A DNA stretch of 27,056 nt, from NCBI GenBank assembly GCA_031381715.1, contig JANMYC010001513.1, positions 1-27,056 of the forward strand, read 5' to 3'. Positions 1 through 8,867 of the stretch are shown one piece after another. How positions within the stretch are numbered: position 1 is the stretch's first letter; the number at the start of each line of letters is the position of its first letter. Under the pieces are notes generated by a model. That model saw only the letters and a list, made by a program, of their open reading frames with translations, did not search any database and was not told the origin of the DNA. Both the position numbers and the translations under genes were made by a program. Source of the stretch: Saprospiraceae bacterium (lineage in GTDB: Bacteria > Bacteroidota > Bacteroidia > Chitinophagales > Saprospiraceae).

Positions 1-522
1 TTCGAGGATTATGCTCGAATGACACCACCCGATAGTGGCAACTATGAACTTCACAACGGAAAACTTATTTTTATGCCGAGTCCCCTTTTTTTACATCAAA
101 ATATAATTACTGAATTACTCCTTTTACTGGGTGCTTTTGTTAAAAAAAATCAGCTTGGAAAAGTTGTAGTTGCTCCAATGGATGTCATTTTAACAGAACA
201 CGATACTGTTCAACCCGATATTTTATTCATTTCAAAAGACCGTTTGAATATTATTGATGGGCAGGTGAAAGGTGCTCCAGATTTGGTCGTCGAAATTCTT
301 TCGGAAGGCAACACCGCGAAGGAAATGAGTTACAAAAAACACATTTTTGAGTCAACTGGCGTAAAAGAATATTGGTTGATTAATCCTGTTAAAAAGACGG
401 TGACGCAGTATAAAAATGAAGAAGGCGAGTTTTTTCCAATCCACATCTTGGATACTGAGGGGGTGCTTGAATCCATAGTTGTAGAGGGTTTTTCATTTAA
501 AATAGGTGATATTTTTCAATAA
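1..522 (+). CDS. Uma2/DUF820 family PD-(D/E)XK nuclease-fold protein, 5' end probably outside the window
   Basis: The frame is open from base 1 (FEDYARMTPP...). It carries typical Uma2 motifs: ELHNGKLIFMPSP..H, VQPDILFI, APDLVVEILS, GVKEYWLINP. Confidence 0.88.
   Translation, partial: FEDYARMTPPDSGNYELHNGKLIFMPSPLFLHQNIITELLLLLGAFVKKNQLGKVVVAPMDVILTEHDTVQPDILFISKDRLNIIDGQVKGAPDLVVEILSEGNTAKEMSYKKHIFESTGVKEYWLINPVKKTVTQYKNEEGEFFPIHILDTEGVLESIVVEGFSFKIGDIFQ
453..462 (-). repeat. CCCCTCAGTA motif, copy 1 (inside Uma2, antisense; codons GAT ACT GAG GGG = DTEG)
   Basis: Exact TACTGAGGGG on the + strand. Confidence 0.95.
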
Positions 523-541
523 TTTAAATAGTTATTCCCCT

Positions 542-581
542 AAAACGTGCTTTTCCCTATCTTTGCGGGAAAGCACGTTTT
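542..581 (+). terminator. Inverted repeat AAAACGTGCTTT(T)CCC / GGGAAAGCACGTTTT; candidate terminator of Uma2 or operator
   Basis: Near-perfect 15-bp arms followed by a T run, starting 20 nt after the Uma2 stop. Confidence 0.55.
558..565 (+). promoter_or_regulatory. Bacteroidota sigma-A -7 element TATCTTTG upstream of gatB
   Basis: Exact TAnnTTTG 63 nt before the gatB ATG. No clear -33 TTTG. Confidence 0.5.
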
Positions 582-628
582 TCATTTTTAAAAATTTCAA
601 AATAGCGAATAGAATCGCATCTAAATAT

Positions 629-2089
629 ATGACGATTTACGATACTTACGAAACCGTTATTGGTCTTGAAATACATGTGCAATTAGCCACTTTGAGTAAA
701 GCTTTTTGCTCCGATAGTGTGAAATTTGGCGGTGAACCGAATACCCAAACGTCGGTGATTTCACTGGCGCACCCAGGCACTTTACCCCGTTTGAATAAAA
801 AGCAAATTGAATATGCTGCCCGCTTGGGTTTTGCTTTAAACAGTGAAATAAGCCGTTTTAGTGCTTTTGATAGAAAAAACTACTTCTACGCCGACCTTCC
901 AAAAGGCTATCAAATTACGCAAGACAAAAAGCCGATTTGTGTAGGCGGTTCGTTAAAAATAATGACTTCAAAAGGGGAGAAGACCATCCGATTGCACCAC
1001 ATCCACATGGAAGAAGATGCCGGAAAATCCATCCACGACCACGACCCCTCAGTATCGTTCATTGATTTGAACCGTGCGGGCACGCCTTTGCTCGAAATAG
1101 TGACTGAACCCGATTTCAGAAGTGGTGAAGAAGTGGATGCATTCATGTCCGCCATGCGCCAATTGGTGCGTTGGCTCGAAGTCAGCGATGGCAATATGGA
1201 AGAAGGCTCAATGCGGTGCGATGTGAATATCTCGGTGCGTAAAAAAGGCACGACTGAATTCGGCACCCGCTGTGAAGTGAAAAATGTGAACTCAATGCGT
1301 TTTGCCCGCAAAGCGATTGAGTTTGAAACAAAACGCCAGATTGATTTGATTGAAAAGGGTGGGGTAGTGCAGCAAAACACCTTGAATTTTGACCCTATAA
1401 CAGGCAAAACTTCGCCATTGCGAAGCAAGGAAAATGCCCATGATTATCGCTATTTTCCTGACCCTGACCTTCCACCAATTATACTCAGTGAAGAATTGAT
1501 TTCTAAAATAAAAGCTGAGATGCCTCAGTTGCCTTGGGAAAGTAAAAAAGAGTTGATTGAAAAATATGGTTTGACGGAGTACGATGCCAATCTTTTAACC
1601 GAAGATATTTCTACGCTTGAAAATTATCTGTATTTTATAAAAGGTTTCAAATCAACGCTTTATAAGCCTGCGGCTAATCTTTTTATAAATAAATTTTTAC
1701 CAGCTATTCATGCTGATGAACATACATTTGTCAAAATTATGCGTCATTTTCACCAATGGCAGGAGATGTTGGAATTGATAGAAAGCGGTCAAATCAGTGC
1801 TTCGGCAGCCTATCAAAAGTTGTACACCACTATTTTGGAGAGCCCCTCAGTATCTACCACTGTTTTGACGATGGCGGAGAAATTAAATCTCATACAATCC
1901 ACTGATTCTGATTTTTTGGCTGATGTCGTGAAAGAAGTCTTAGCTAAAAATCCCGATAAAGTCGCTGAATTTAAGAAAGGTAAAAAAGGGCTTATTGGCT
2001 TTTTCATGGGCGAGGTCATGAAAGCCTCAAAAGGTAAAGCAGAACCGAAATCAACGAATGCTCTGATTTTGAAATTGATTGAAGAGTAA
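629..2089 (+). CDS. gatB: Asp-tRNA(Asn)/Glu-tRNA(Gln) amidotransferase subunit B
   Basis: Motifs VIGLEIHVQL, PGTLPRLN, FDRKNYFYADLPKGYQITQ, HMEEDAGK, DLNRAGTPLLEIVTEPD, EGSMRCDVNISVR and YRYFPDPDLPP, plus a C-terminal Yqey-like tail. Start moved to ATG 629 because the upstream 41 codons are non-homologous and overlap the promoter. Confidence 0.97.
   Translation: MTIYDTYETVIGLEIHVQLATLSKAFCSDSVKFGGEPNTQTSVISLAHPGTLPRLNKKQIEYAARLGFALNSEISRFSAFDRKNYFYADLPKGYQITQDKKPICVGGSLKIMTSKGEKTIRLHHIHMEEDAGKSIHDHDPSVSFIDLNRAGTPLLEIVTEPDFRSGEEVDAFMSAMRQLVRWLEVSDGNMEEGSMRCDVNISVRKKGTTEFGTRCEVKNVNSMRFARKAIEFETKRQIDLIEKGGVVQQNTLNFDPITGKTSPLRSKENAHDYRYFPDPDLPPIILSEELISKIKAEMPQLPWESKKELIEKYGLTEYDANLLTEDISTLENYLYFIKGFKSTLYKPAANLFINKFLPAIHADEHTFVKIMRHFHQWQEMLELIESGQISASAAYQKLYTTILESPSVSTTVLTMAEKLNLIQSTDSDFLADVVKEVLAKNPDKVAEFKKGKKGLIGFFMGEVMKASKGKAEPKSTNALILKLIEE
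1045..1054 (+). repeat. CCCCTCAGTA motif, copy 2 (gatB, GAC CCC TCA GTA = DPSV)
   Basis: Exact match. Confidence 0.95.
1843..1852 (+). repeat. CCCCTCAGTA motif, copy 3 (gatB, AGC CCC TCA GTA = SPSV)
   Basis: Exact match. Confidence 0.95.
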
Positions 2090-2095
2090 CAAAAA

Positions 2096-2133
2096 CGTGA
2101 CATCCCGATTTATCAGGATGCCACGGGTTTTTT
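2096..2133. terminator. Probable bidirectional intrinsic terminator between convergent gatB and the TonB-dependent receptor
   Basis: Stem CGTG-A-CATCC / GGATG-C-CACG, with an A run on the left and a T run on the right. Confidence 0.65.
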
Positions 2134-2134
2134 A

Positions 2135-4525
2135 TTAAAAATCATATTGAAATGAGAGAACGGGCGTAAAACCACCTGGTTGCAAGCTCGGATAAAGCGC
2201 ATTATTCACGGAGTCATAAGCCAAAGTACTCACATTGACATGATTAATGACATTTTGAATATCCAATGCGATGTTTCCTGCATAATGTTTTTTATTAAAA
2301 CGATACGCCAAACGCATATCAATGCGGAAATACGGGTCTGATTGTTTGGTCCATTCTTGACCTTTTATGGGCACATATTGCTTTTGCTTTTGAGATTCTG
2401 TAATATCCAACGGTGAATATCTAAAACCGCCGTTAAAAATAGAGCGTGAACCCACCTGCAAAGTTGCCTTATTTTTTAATGTAAATTCCCTTCCTAAAGT
2501 CAAGCCAGTGCCAAATGAGGTATTCAAACGGCTGTTGCGTTTGACATTATTGAGCACTTCATAAGTGGATTTAAAAATTGATGTATTGATGAGGCAGTAA
2601 AATTTATTGCTAAAAAAACGCTCCAAGGATAAATCCAAACCATAATTTAAGCCTTTCCCTTGACTGATAATTTTGAAATCGGGCACGTTGCCTTGCTCAT
2701 TGAGCATCCAATACAGCGAGCCTGCGGTAGGTTCAATTGGCACATTAAAAAGCCTTTGTAAATACGTTTCGGCACTGAATTTCCAAGCGTTTTCAGTATA
2801 AAGATTATAGGACAAAATGAGGTGATGCGAGTGAATCATTTTACTATCATGATTCGGCGTGCTCGTGTTGACAACACCGTTGATAGTATCCTTTTGTACG
2901 TATAAATAGGCCGATAAAGGCAATATTTGACCATGCAGACCATACGCCAAACTCAATGTTTGACGATTCGTCAACTGATATTTCATGGATAAACGGGGCT
3001 CTACTGAGGGGGTATTGTTGAGTGCGAGATACAAAAAATGTACGCCGCCATTCAAGGTCAAATCCTTTGTTGCTTGGTAATTAAATTGCCCATATAATTG
3101 CAGGGTTTGAGTGTTGACGCTGCCCGCTTGAGCGACGCCACTGCGGTTGCGCTCATTGATGTCTTTGCTTGTTGGGCGAGCCCTTATTTGCTTATCATAT
3201 TTGTAAAAAATTTGATTGGCGATAATACCTCCTTTGAAACGCAAATCCGCATTTATTTTATGATTGAGGGTCAAAGTTGCGGCAACGCGGGAATCGTAAT
3301 AATTCTGTGTATTGTAGCGATAACGCACATTTTGCTCATTCAGAGTATCGTATTTTCTGAAAATATAGCTCGACATGAGCGCAACGACGCCTTTTAAATA
3401 GGTTTTATCATTAACAGTATGCGTAAAAGTCATACCCAATGTGCCCATATTACTGCCTAAAATAAGGTCTTGCCAATTATTAGCTATGCCTTGTTTGCGC
3501 TCGGAGGGATTTTCAACGGGCGCATCGTGCTCAGTACTCAGACCCGCAAGACCGAATAATGTATAAGTCGTTTTTTTATTTTTACTATCAAAAGCTATGT
3601 TAAAAGATAAGTCCTGAAAATCATTGGAGATGCGCTCACCGACGACATAAAATCCCATTTTACTCAATAGACCCAAAGTCGAATAACGGTAATTAACGAG
3701 GTACGAAGAGTGGTCTTTACTGAGGGGCCCTTCGGTGGCAAAGTCCAAGCCGAGCAAACCCAATTTGGTGCGATACTCCCGTTTATTCGCATTGCCTTTT
3801 CGGAGGTGCACATCCATGGCACCCGAAATAGCATTGCCATATTCCGCCGGCATACCACCCGTTGAAAAATCTGAGCGGCTGAGTAATTGCGCACTGAAAA
3901 CGGTAATTCCACCGCCCGACGAGCCCGGTCGTGCGTAGTGATTGGGCGTCGGAATATCAATCCCTTCGAGTCGCCAAAGCAAGCCAAAAGAGGAATTGCC
4001 CCGTATCAAAATTTCATTTTCGGAATCATCCCTGCCTTGCTGCACACCCGAAAATGAGAGCGCCATCCGCCCAGGGTCATTGATGCCCGCAGGAATCCTT
4101 TCAGTCTCCTCCACTGAAAATGAGCGGGTACTCACCACCGATAATTCATTCAAAGGCGCATTGGTATTATGCGATGAAGAGATAACAACAGTGCCGATTT
4201 CAGTGTCACTTTCCTTCATTTCTATCCTAAAAACCGTCTCTTTTACTGAATTGACTATAAAATCCTCACTTTTAAATGGCGCATACCCAATAAAACTACA
4301 CTCAATAATCTGACGCCCAGGCGGTACTTTCTCAAGTATAAAAACGCCATTGGAGTCAGTCAAAATACCAATAAGCGGTTGACTGTGCACCAAAGTGACC
4401 GTTGCTCCTACGAGCGGTTGCTGATTATCTTTATCAAAAACTTGCCCTCGGATAGTCTGCGTTTTTTCTTGGGCAGAGAGGAAAAACGCATTTAAAAAAA
4501 AGAATATAAAAAGGAGGTTTTTCAT
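2135..4525 (-). CDS. TonB-dependent outer-membrane receptor with N-terminal carboxypeptidase-regulatory-like domain
   Basis: Signal peptide, then TIRGQVFDKD..PLVGATV (CarboxypepD_reg-like), a plug region (NEILIRGNS..LLWRLEGIDIPTPNH, SDFSTGGMPAEYGNAISGAMDV), a beta-barrel-like body and the C-terminal aromatic BAM signal (FQYDF). Confidence 0.9.
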   Translation of the reverse strand: MKNLLFIFFFLNAFFLSAQEKTQTIRGQVFDKDNQQPLVGATVTLVHSQPLIGILTDSNGVFILEKVPPGRQIIECSFIGYAPFKSEDFIVNSVKETVFRIEMKESDTEIGTVVISSSHNTNAPLNELSVVSTRSFSVEETERIPAGINDPGRMALSFSGVQQGRDDSENEILIRGNSSFGLLWRLEGIDIPTPNHYARPGSSGGGITVFSAQLLSRSDFSTGGMPAEYGNAISGAMDVHLRKGNANKREYRTKLGLLGLDFATEGPLSKDHSSYLVNYRYSTLGLLSKMGFYVVGERISNDFQDLSFNIAFDSKNKKTTYTLFGLAGLSTEHDAPVENPSERKQGIANNWQDLILGSNMGTLGMTFTHTVNDKTYLKGVVALMSSYIFRKYDTLNEQNVRYRYNTQNYYDSRVAATLTLNHKINADLRFKGGIIANQIFYKYDKQIRARPTSKDINERNRSGVAQAGSVNTQTLQLYGQFNYQATKDLTLNGGVHFLYLALNNTPSVEPRLSMKYQLTNRQTLSLAYGLHGQILPLSAYLYVQKDTINGVVNTSTPNHDSKMIHSHHLILSYNLYTENAWKFSAETYLQRLFNVPIEPTAGSLYWMLNEQGNVPDFKIISQGKGLNYGLDLSLERFFSNKFYCLINTSIFKSTYEVLNNVKRNSRLNTSFGTGLTLGREFTLKNKATLQVGSRSIFNGGFRYSPLDITESQKQKQYVPIKGQEWTKQSDPYFRIDMRLAYRFNKKHYAGNIALDIQNVINHVNVSTLAYDSVNNALYPSLQPGGFTPVLSFQYDF
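3002..3011 (-). repeat. CCCCTCAGTA motif, copy 4 (receptor, sense; ACC CCC TCA GTA = TPSV)
   Basis: Exact match. Confidence 0.95.
3718..3727 (-). repeat. CCCCTCAGTA motif, copy 5 (receptor, sense; GGG CCC CTC AGT AAA = GPLSK)
   Basis: Exact match. Confidence 0.95.
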
Positions 4526-4738
4526 TTAAATAGAAGTAGGGATATGAGAGGATATTGGTTTTCAATTGGGAAGTAAGTATAAGGAAAATATACTATAAAA
4601 TATATTAAAATGCCTGTTTTTAAAAAAAGCTATTGGTTTACTTCATTGGATAAGGTGAAAAAGCAGAAAATGTTTTGTTTTAACGATAAAAAAATATATT
4701 TTGCAGGACTAACTTTTAAATTGTTAACATTCCAAATT

Positions 4739-7700
4739 ATGAAAAAAACTAGAAAAAGAACCTCTTTTTATCTTTTCATTTGGCTTATATGCTACTTTTC
4801 CCATTTTTGTTGCATGGCACAAATCGGTAATCTTAGATTTGAAAAACTCGAACTACCAGATAATCCAAATCTTGCTAATTTGGATTGTATCTATGAAGAT
4901 AGTAGAGGTTTTATGTGGTTTGGTTCATATTCGGGGCTATATTTATATGATGGAAATAAGTTAACTCATTTTAAAAATAGCACTTACGACCCCCTCAGTA
5001 TAAGCGATAATAAAATAACTCGAATTAGTGAAGATAGTAAAGGTAATCTTTGGGTTGGCACTCAAAATGGTTTAAATTATTTTGATATTAAAAAGCGAAC
5101 TTTCAAACGATACAATGATAAAGAAAAATTTGGAATAGGGATAAGCGGGATTAGTTCTATTAAGAAAGATAAAGATAACAAGATTTGGATTTCATCGGAT
5201 AATAGCCTTTTTGTTTTCGATTCAATAAATAATAAATTTATAGAATCATCATTGCAAATTAAAGGATTCGGTATTTTTGACATTGAGCTTTGTAATAGTG
5301 GAATTTATTTATCTACTATTAAAAATTTGTATTATAAGGATTTTAGATCAGATTCTGTTCAATTAATTCATTTACTTCAAGCTTTGACAAATGAAGACGA
5401 TTTTCAAATAACGCGTTTACTTAAAGACGATTGTGATGTAATTTGGGTAGCAACTAGTAAAGGATTATTTTACATTAAAACGAGTGAAAATAAAACTAAG
5501 GTAATTGAACTTTTAAGTTTTAAAAATGAGCTTATACGTTTATTCCTACGAAAAAGTAAATATGAACTATGGATTGAAACAAATACTGGGTTATATATTT
5601 TAAATACCCAAACAAGTGAATTTAAAAAGTATATTTATAACCCTACATTCCCAAAAGGGTATCCCAAAGAACGATTTTATAATGCGTTTTATTCATCTTC
5701 AAATATTTTATGGGCTCAAATTTTTGGTAAAGGATTAAGTTATTTTGATGTCAATAAAAGTAATTTTCAGAATGTACCACTAGCCACTATGGATCATATC
5801 AAGTGGGTAGGTTGTTTATTTGAAATTTATGAATATAGCCCTAATATTCTACTAATACCACAAAAAAATGCAGTAGGATTTCTTGATATTATATCAGGTA
5901 AAATTACCCCATTTACATATAAGCCAAAGTACAATCAAGAAGGGTGGCAAGGTGGTCTAGTATGTTTTTTAGAAGAAGATAATAATAGACTTTGGATGGG
6001 AACAGATGGTGGGCTTTTTTTATTTGATAAAAAAATTAAGCAATTTATTGATATTGAGTCTAAATTCAAGCAGTTCAAGATATTTAGGAAAAAAACTATT
6101 CGTAAAATTCATAGAGATAGTGAAGGCTATTTATGGATTGTGACTTGGAATGAGGGTGTTTATAAAGTTGATTTTGATAAAAAAGGAATTAAGAAATATT
6201 TCACTAAAGGTGCTCTTAATGCTACACGTTCCATTATGGAAACCAAAGATGGACAGATTTGGGTGGGTTCAAGAGAAGGGATTGGGAAATATATTGTAAA
6301 TGCAGACTCTTTTAAAATATATAAACAAGACGTAAATAACCCTGAAAGCATAAGCGAAAGTACAGGTTTTTGTATGTATGAAGATGAGCAAAAAAATATA
6401 TGGGTAGGCACATATGGTGGTGGCTTGAATAAATTAGATGTAAAAACTGAGAAATTTAAGCATTACACAACTGAAAATGGTTTAATAGATAATAATGTTA
6501 TCTCTATTTTACCTGATAAAAAAAGAAACCTTTGGTTAAGTACTTTCGACGGTATCTCTGTTTTTAATCCTGTAACTGAAACCTTCCAAAATTTTACTCA
6601 AAAAAACGGATTATTGAATACAGGCTTTAATGCTTTTTTATACGGTAAAGGTCGTTATTCTGACCGTTTTTTCTTTGCTGGCAATGAAGGTATTGATTTC
6701 TTTTATCCTGATAGTATTCGATTGAGTACCCTTGACCCCAATGTTTATATTACTGATTTTAAACTTTTTAATAAATTTGTTCCTATATCGAGAGGTAAAA
6801 AAGATAAAAACAACTTCGTACTTGATGATGATATTTCATTTACAAAGCATTTAACACTCACTTACAAGCAAAATGTCATTGGTTTTGACTTTGTTGCTTT
6901 GGATTATTCATCTCCTAAGAGTATCAAATATGCTTATATGTTAGAAGGATTTGATACAGCTTGGCAATACATAGGTAATCAACACAGTGCAACTTTTACA
7001 AATTTAGATGCAGGAAATTATACATTTAGAGTAAAAGCTACGAACAGTGACGGTGTATGGGGAACAAAAGAAACCACATTAAAATTAACTATTTTAGCTC
7101 CGTGGTGGCAGACATGGTGGTTTAGAGCTTTGATGATTTTGACTTTATCGGGCTTGGGTTACAGTTTTTATCGTTATAGAATCAATCAGATACAAGAGAA
7201 AGAAATGCTTAAAACGGCATTGAATCAACGAATAGCTGAGGTTGAAATGGAGGCTTTAAGGTCGCAAATGAGTCCGCATTTTATTTTTAATTGCTTGAGT
7301 GCTATCACTCGTTTTATTTTAAATCATGAAAACGATGCGGCAACCTTATACTTGACTAAGTTTTCTCGCTTAGTTCGTTTGGTTTTGAACCATTCTCAAT
7401 CGGATATGATACCTCTCAGTAAAGAGGTGGAAGCTTTGAAATTATACCTCGAAATGGAGGCTTTGCGATTCCATGAAAAATTTAAATATACGATTGATGT
7501 TGATAAAAATCTTGAAATAGAGAAAATTTATATCCCTCCAATGTTGATTCAGCCTTATATTGAAAACGCAATATGGCATGGTTTATTACCTAAAAAATCG
7601 CCCAATAACTGCCTATCAGTGGATATTAAAAATGGAGGTAAAATTTTGAAAATTACCATTGAAGATAATGGGATTGGCAGAGAAAAGGCAGCCGATTTAA

Positions 7701-7903
7701 AATCAAAAACAGCATTAGTTGATGAACATAAGTCGTTTGGTATGAAACTGACTGAGGAACGTTTTGAGATTATTAATAAAATGAATGAAGGTTCTGCCTC
7801 AGTCAATATTATAGATTTGAAAAATGATGATAATCAAGCTATTGGAACAATAGTGGAATTAATACTTCCTATTAGCTATTTGAAAAAGGAAAACCCTAAA
7901 TAA
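4739..7903 (+). CDS. Membrane sensor histidine kinase: beta-propeller (Reg_prop) repeats, Y_Y_Y domain, one TM helix and a LytS-type kinase
   Basis: Repeated I.EDS.G.LW.GT blades; Y_Y_Y (IKYAYMLEGFDTAW..ATFTNLDAGNYTFRVKATN); TM after APWWQTWWF; H-box LRSQMSPHFIFN; N-box LIQPYIENAIWHG; G1 IEDNGIG. Start placed at ATG 4739, which gives a signal-peptide-like N terminus. Confidence 0.92.
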   Translation: MKKTRKRTSFYLFIWLICYFSHFCCMAQIGNLRFEKLELPDNPNLANLDCIYEDSRGFMWFGSYSGLYLYDGNKLTHFKNSTYDPLSISDNKITRISEDSKGNLWVGTQNGLNYFDIKKRTFKRYNDKEKFGIGISGISSIKKDKDNKIWISSDNSLFVFDSINNKFIESSLQIKGFGIFDIELCNSGIYLSTIKNLYYKDFRSDSVQLIHLLQALTNEDDFQITRLLKDDCDVIWVATSKGLFYIKTSENKTKVIELLSFKNELIRLFLRKSKYELWIETNTGLYILNTQTSEFKKYIYNPTFPKGYPKERFYNAFYSSSNILWAQIFGKGLSYFDVNKSNFQNVPLATMDHIKWVGCLFEIYEYSPNILLIPQKNAVGFLDIISGKITPFTYKPKYNQEGWQGGLVCFLEEDNNRLWMGTDGGLFLFDKKIKQFIDIESKFKQFKIFRKKTIRKIHRDSEGYLWIVTWNEGVYKVDFDKKGIKKYFTKGALNATRSIMETKDGQIWVGSREGIGKYIVNADSFKIYKQDVNNPESISESTGFCMYEDEQKNIWVGTYGGGLNKLDVKTEKFKHYTTENGLIDNNVISILPDKKRNLWLSTFDGISVFNPVTETFQNFTQKNGLLNTGFNAFLYGKGRYSDRFFFAGNEGIDFFYPDSIRLSTLDPNVYITDFKLFNKFVPISRGKKDKNNFVLDDDISFTKHLTLTYKQNVIGFDFVALDYSSPKSIKYAYMLEGFDTAWQYIGNQHSATFTNLDAGNYTFRVKATNSDGVWGTKETTLKLTILAPWWQTWWFRALMILTLSGLGYSFYRYRINQIQEKEMLKTALNQRIAEVEMEALRSQMSPHFIFNCLSAITRFILNHENDAATLYLTKFSRLVRLVLNHSQSDMIPLSKEVEALKLYLEMEALRFHEKFKYTIDVDKNLEIEKIYIPPMLIQPYIENAIWHGLLPKKSPNNCLSVDIKNGGKILKITIEDNGIGREKAADLKSKTALVDEHKSFGMKLTEERFEIINKMNEGSASVNIIDLKNDDNQAIGTIVELILPISYLKKENPK
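4991..5000 (+). repeat. CCCCTCAGTA motif, copy 6 (sensor, GAC CCC CTC AGT ATA = DPLSI)
   Basis: Exact match. Confidence 0.95.
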
Positions 7904-7908
7904 CAAAA

Positions 7909-8655
7909 ATGACTGCTTTAATTGTAGATGACGAAATGCATTTAGCTGAAACGCTCATGCTTTTTTTAAGACGGTTTTGCCCAGATGTGGAGGTTTTAAA
8001 GATTTTTAATGAACCTGAAATGGCATTGGCTCACCTGAGGCATTCATTGCCTGATGTATTGTTTTTGGATGTGCAGATGCCAGAACTCAATGGTTTGAAT
8101 TTGATTGAAGCTTTGGGCATACCCCCTCAGTTAAATGTCATTTTTACAACTGCTTATGATAATTATGCCGTGAAAGCCTTCAAAGTGAATGCTGTTGACT
8201 ACTTGTTAAAGCCGATTGACCCTTTAGAGTTAATAAAAGCGGTTGAGAAAGTCCGTCAAAAATTAGATAATGAAAAAAGTATTTCAAGCATAAAACATAC
8301 CCCCTCTCCAAAGGAGTCCATACGGACAGTATTTTTAGAAAAAATATCTGCACCTACTTCCGATGGCTTGGTTTTTATTCGCACGGCTCACCTTATTCGT
8401 TGCGAAGCTGATAGTAGTTATACGCATATTTATATGGACGATGGTACTAAATTTCATATTTCAAAAAAACTGATCGAGTTTGAAAAAAGCCTCTCATCCG
8501 ATATCCGTTTTTATCGGGTACATAAATCTCATATTATAAATCTAACTAAAGTTGATCGCTATATTCGGGGTGAAGGTGGCGAATTAGTCATGTGCGATGG
8601 TAAGCGTGTACCCGTCTCGCGAGAACATAAAAAACAACTTTTAGAACGCCTTTAA
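7909..8655 (+). CDS. LytTR-family response regulator (REC + LytTR)
   Basis: REC motifs LIVDDE, FLDVQMP, FTTAY, YLLKP. LytTR domain RCEADSSYTHIY..FYRVHKSHIINL..VPVSR. Starts 5 nt after the sensor. Confidence 0.95.
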   Translation: MTALIVDDEMHLAETLMLFLRRFCPDVEVLKIFNEPEMALAHLRHSLPDVLFLDVQMPELNGLNLIEALGIPPQLNVIFTTAYDNYAVKAFKVNAVDYLLKPIDPLELIKAVEKVRQKLDNEKSISSIKHTPSPKESIRTVFLEKISAPTSDGLVFIRTAHLIRCEADSSYTHIYMDDGTKFHISKKLIEFEKSLSSDIRFYRVHKSHIINLTKVDRYIRGEGGELVMCDGKRVPVSREHKKQLLERL

Positions 8656-8676
8656 AATTTCCAAACGCATTAAAAT

Positions 8677-8709
8677 CCGCAGTTCATGGACTCGTTGCCG
8701 CAGTTCGTG
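8677..8709 (+). promoter_or_regulatory. Paired LytTR-type binding site: CCGCAGTTCATG / CCGCAGTTCGTG direct repeats, 21-bp period
   Basis: Two 12-mers (11/12 identical) at 8677 and 8698. Their 9-bp cores are separated by 12 bp, which is the canonical LytTR geometry. Confidence 0.75.
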
Positions 8710-8867
8710 AATCGCTGTTGTATTTTATAAATTGGCTTATTAATTTTAAAAATTGATAGCAACAAACTCTCTGTTTTCGAATAATTGTAATAGATATTTC
8801 ACTTAGGATTGCTCTTTCTAATGGGCACTTCAATTCTTCTTTTCAAACTTTAAACCTTTATTTTACT

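Noticed and set aside
1-522. Uma2 gene as evidence of a restriction or defence island
   Set aside because: Uma2/DUF820 genes are common scattered paralogues of mostly unknown activity, and no methyltransferase or defence gene is visible here. The sequence upstream of base 1 is unseen. A link to the 10-mer cannot be supported.
506-628. 41-codon N-terminal extension of GatB; likewise the extensions at 4610-4738 (sensor) and 26763-26846 (uL30)
   Set aside because: These are open frames running through AT-rich promoter or spacer DNA. Homology or the signal peptide begins at the downstream ATG.
4674-4703. Possible sensor promoter TTTG ... TATATTTTG
   Set aside because: It does not fit TAnnTTTG exactly (one extra T) and lies in very AT-rich DNA. 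Plausible but not supportable.
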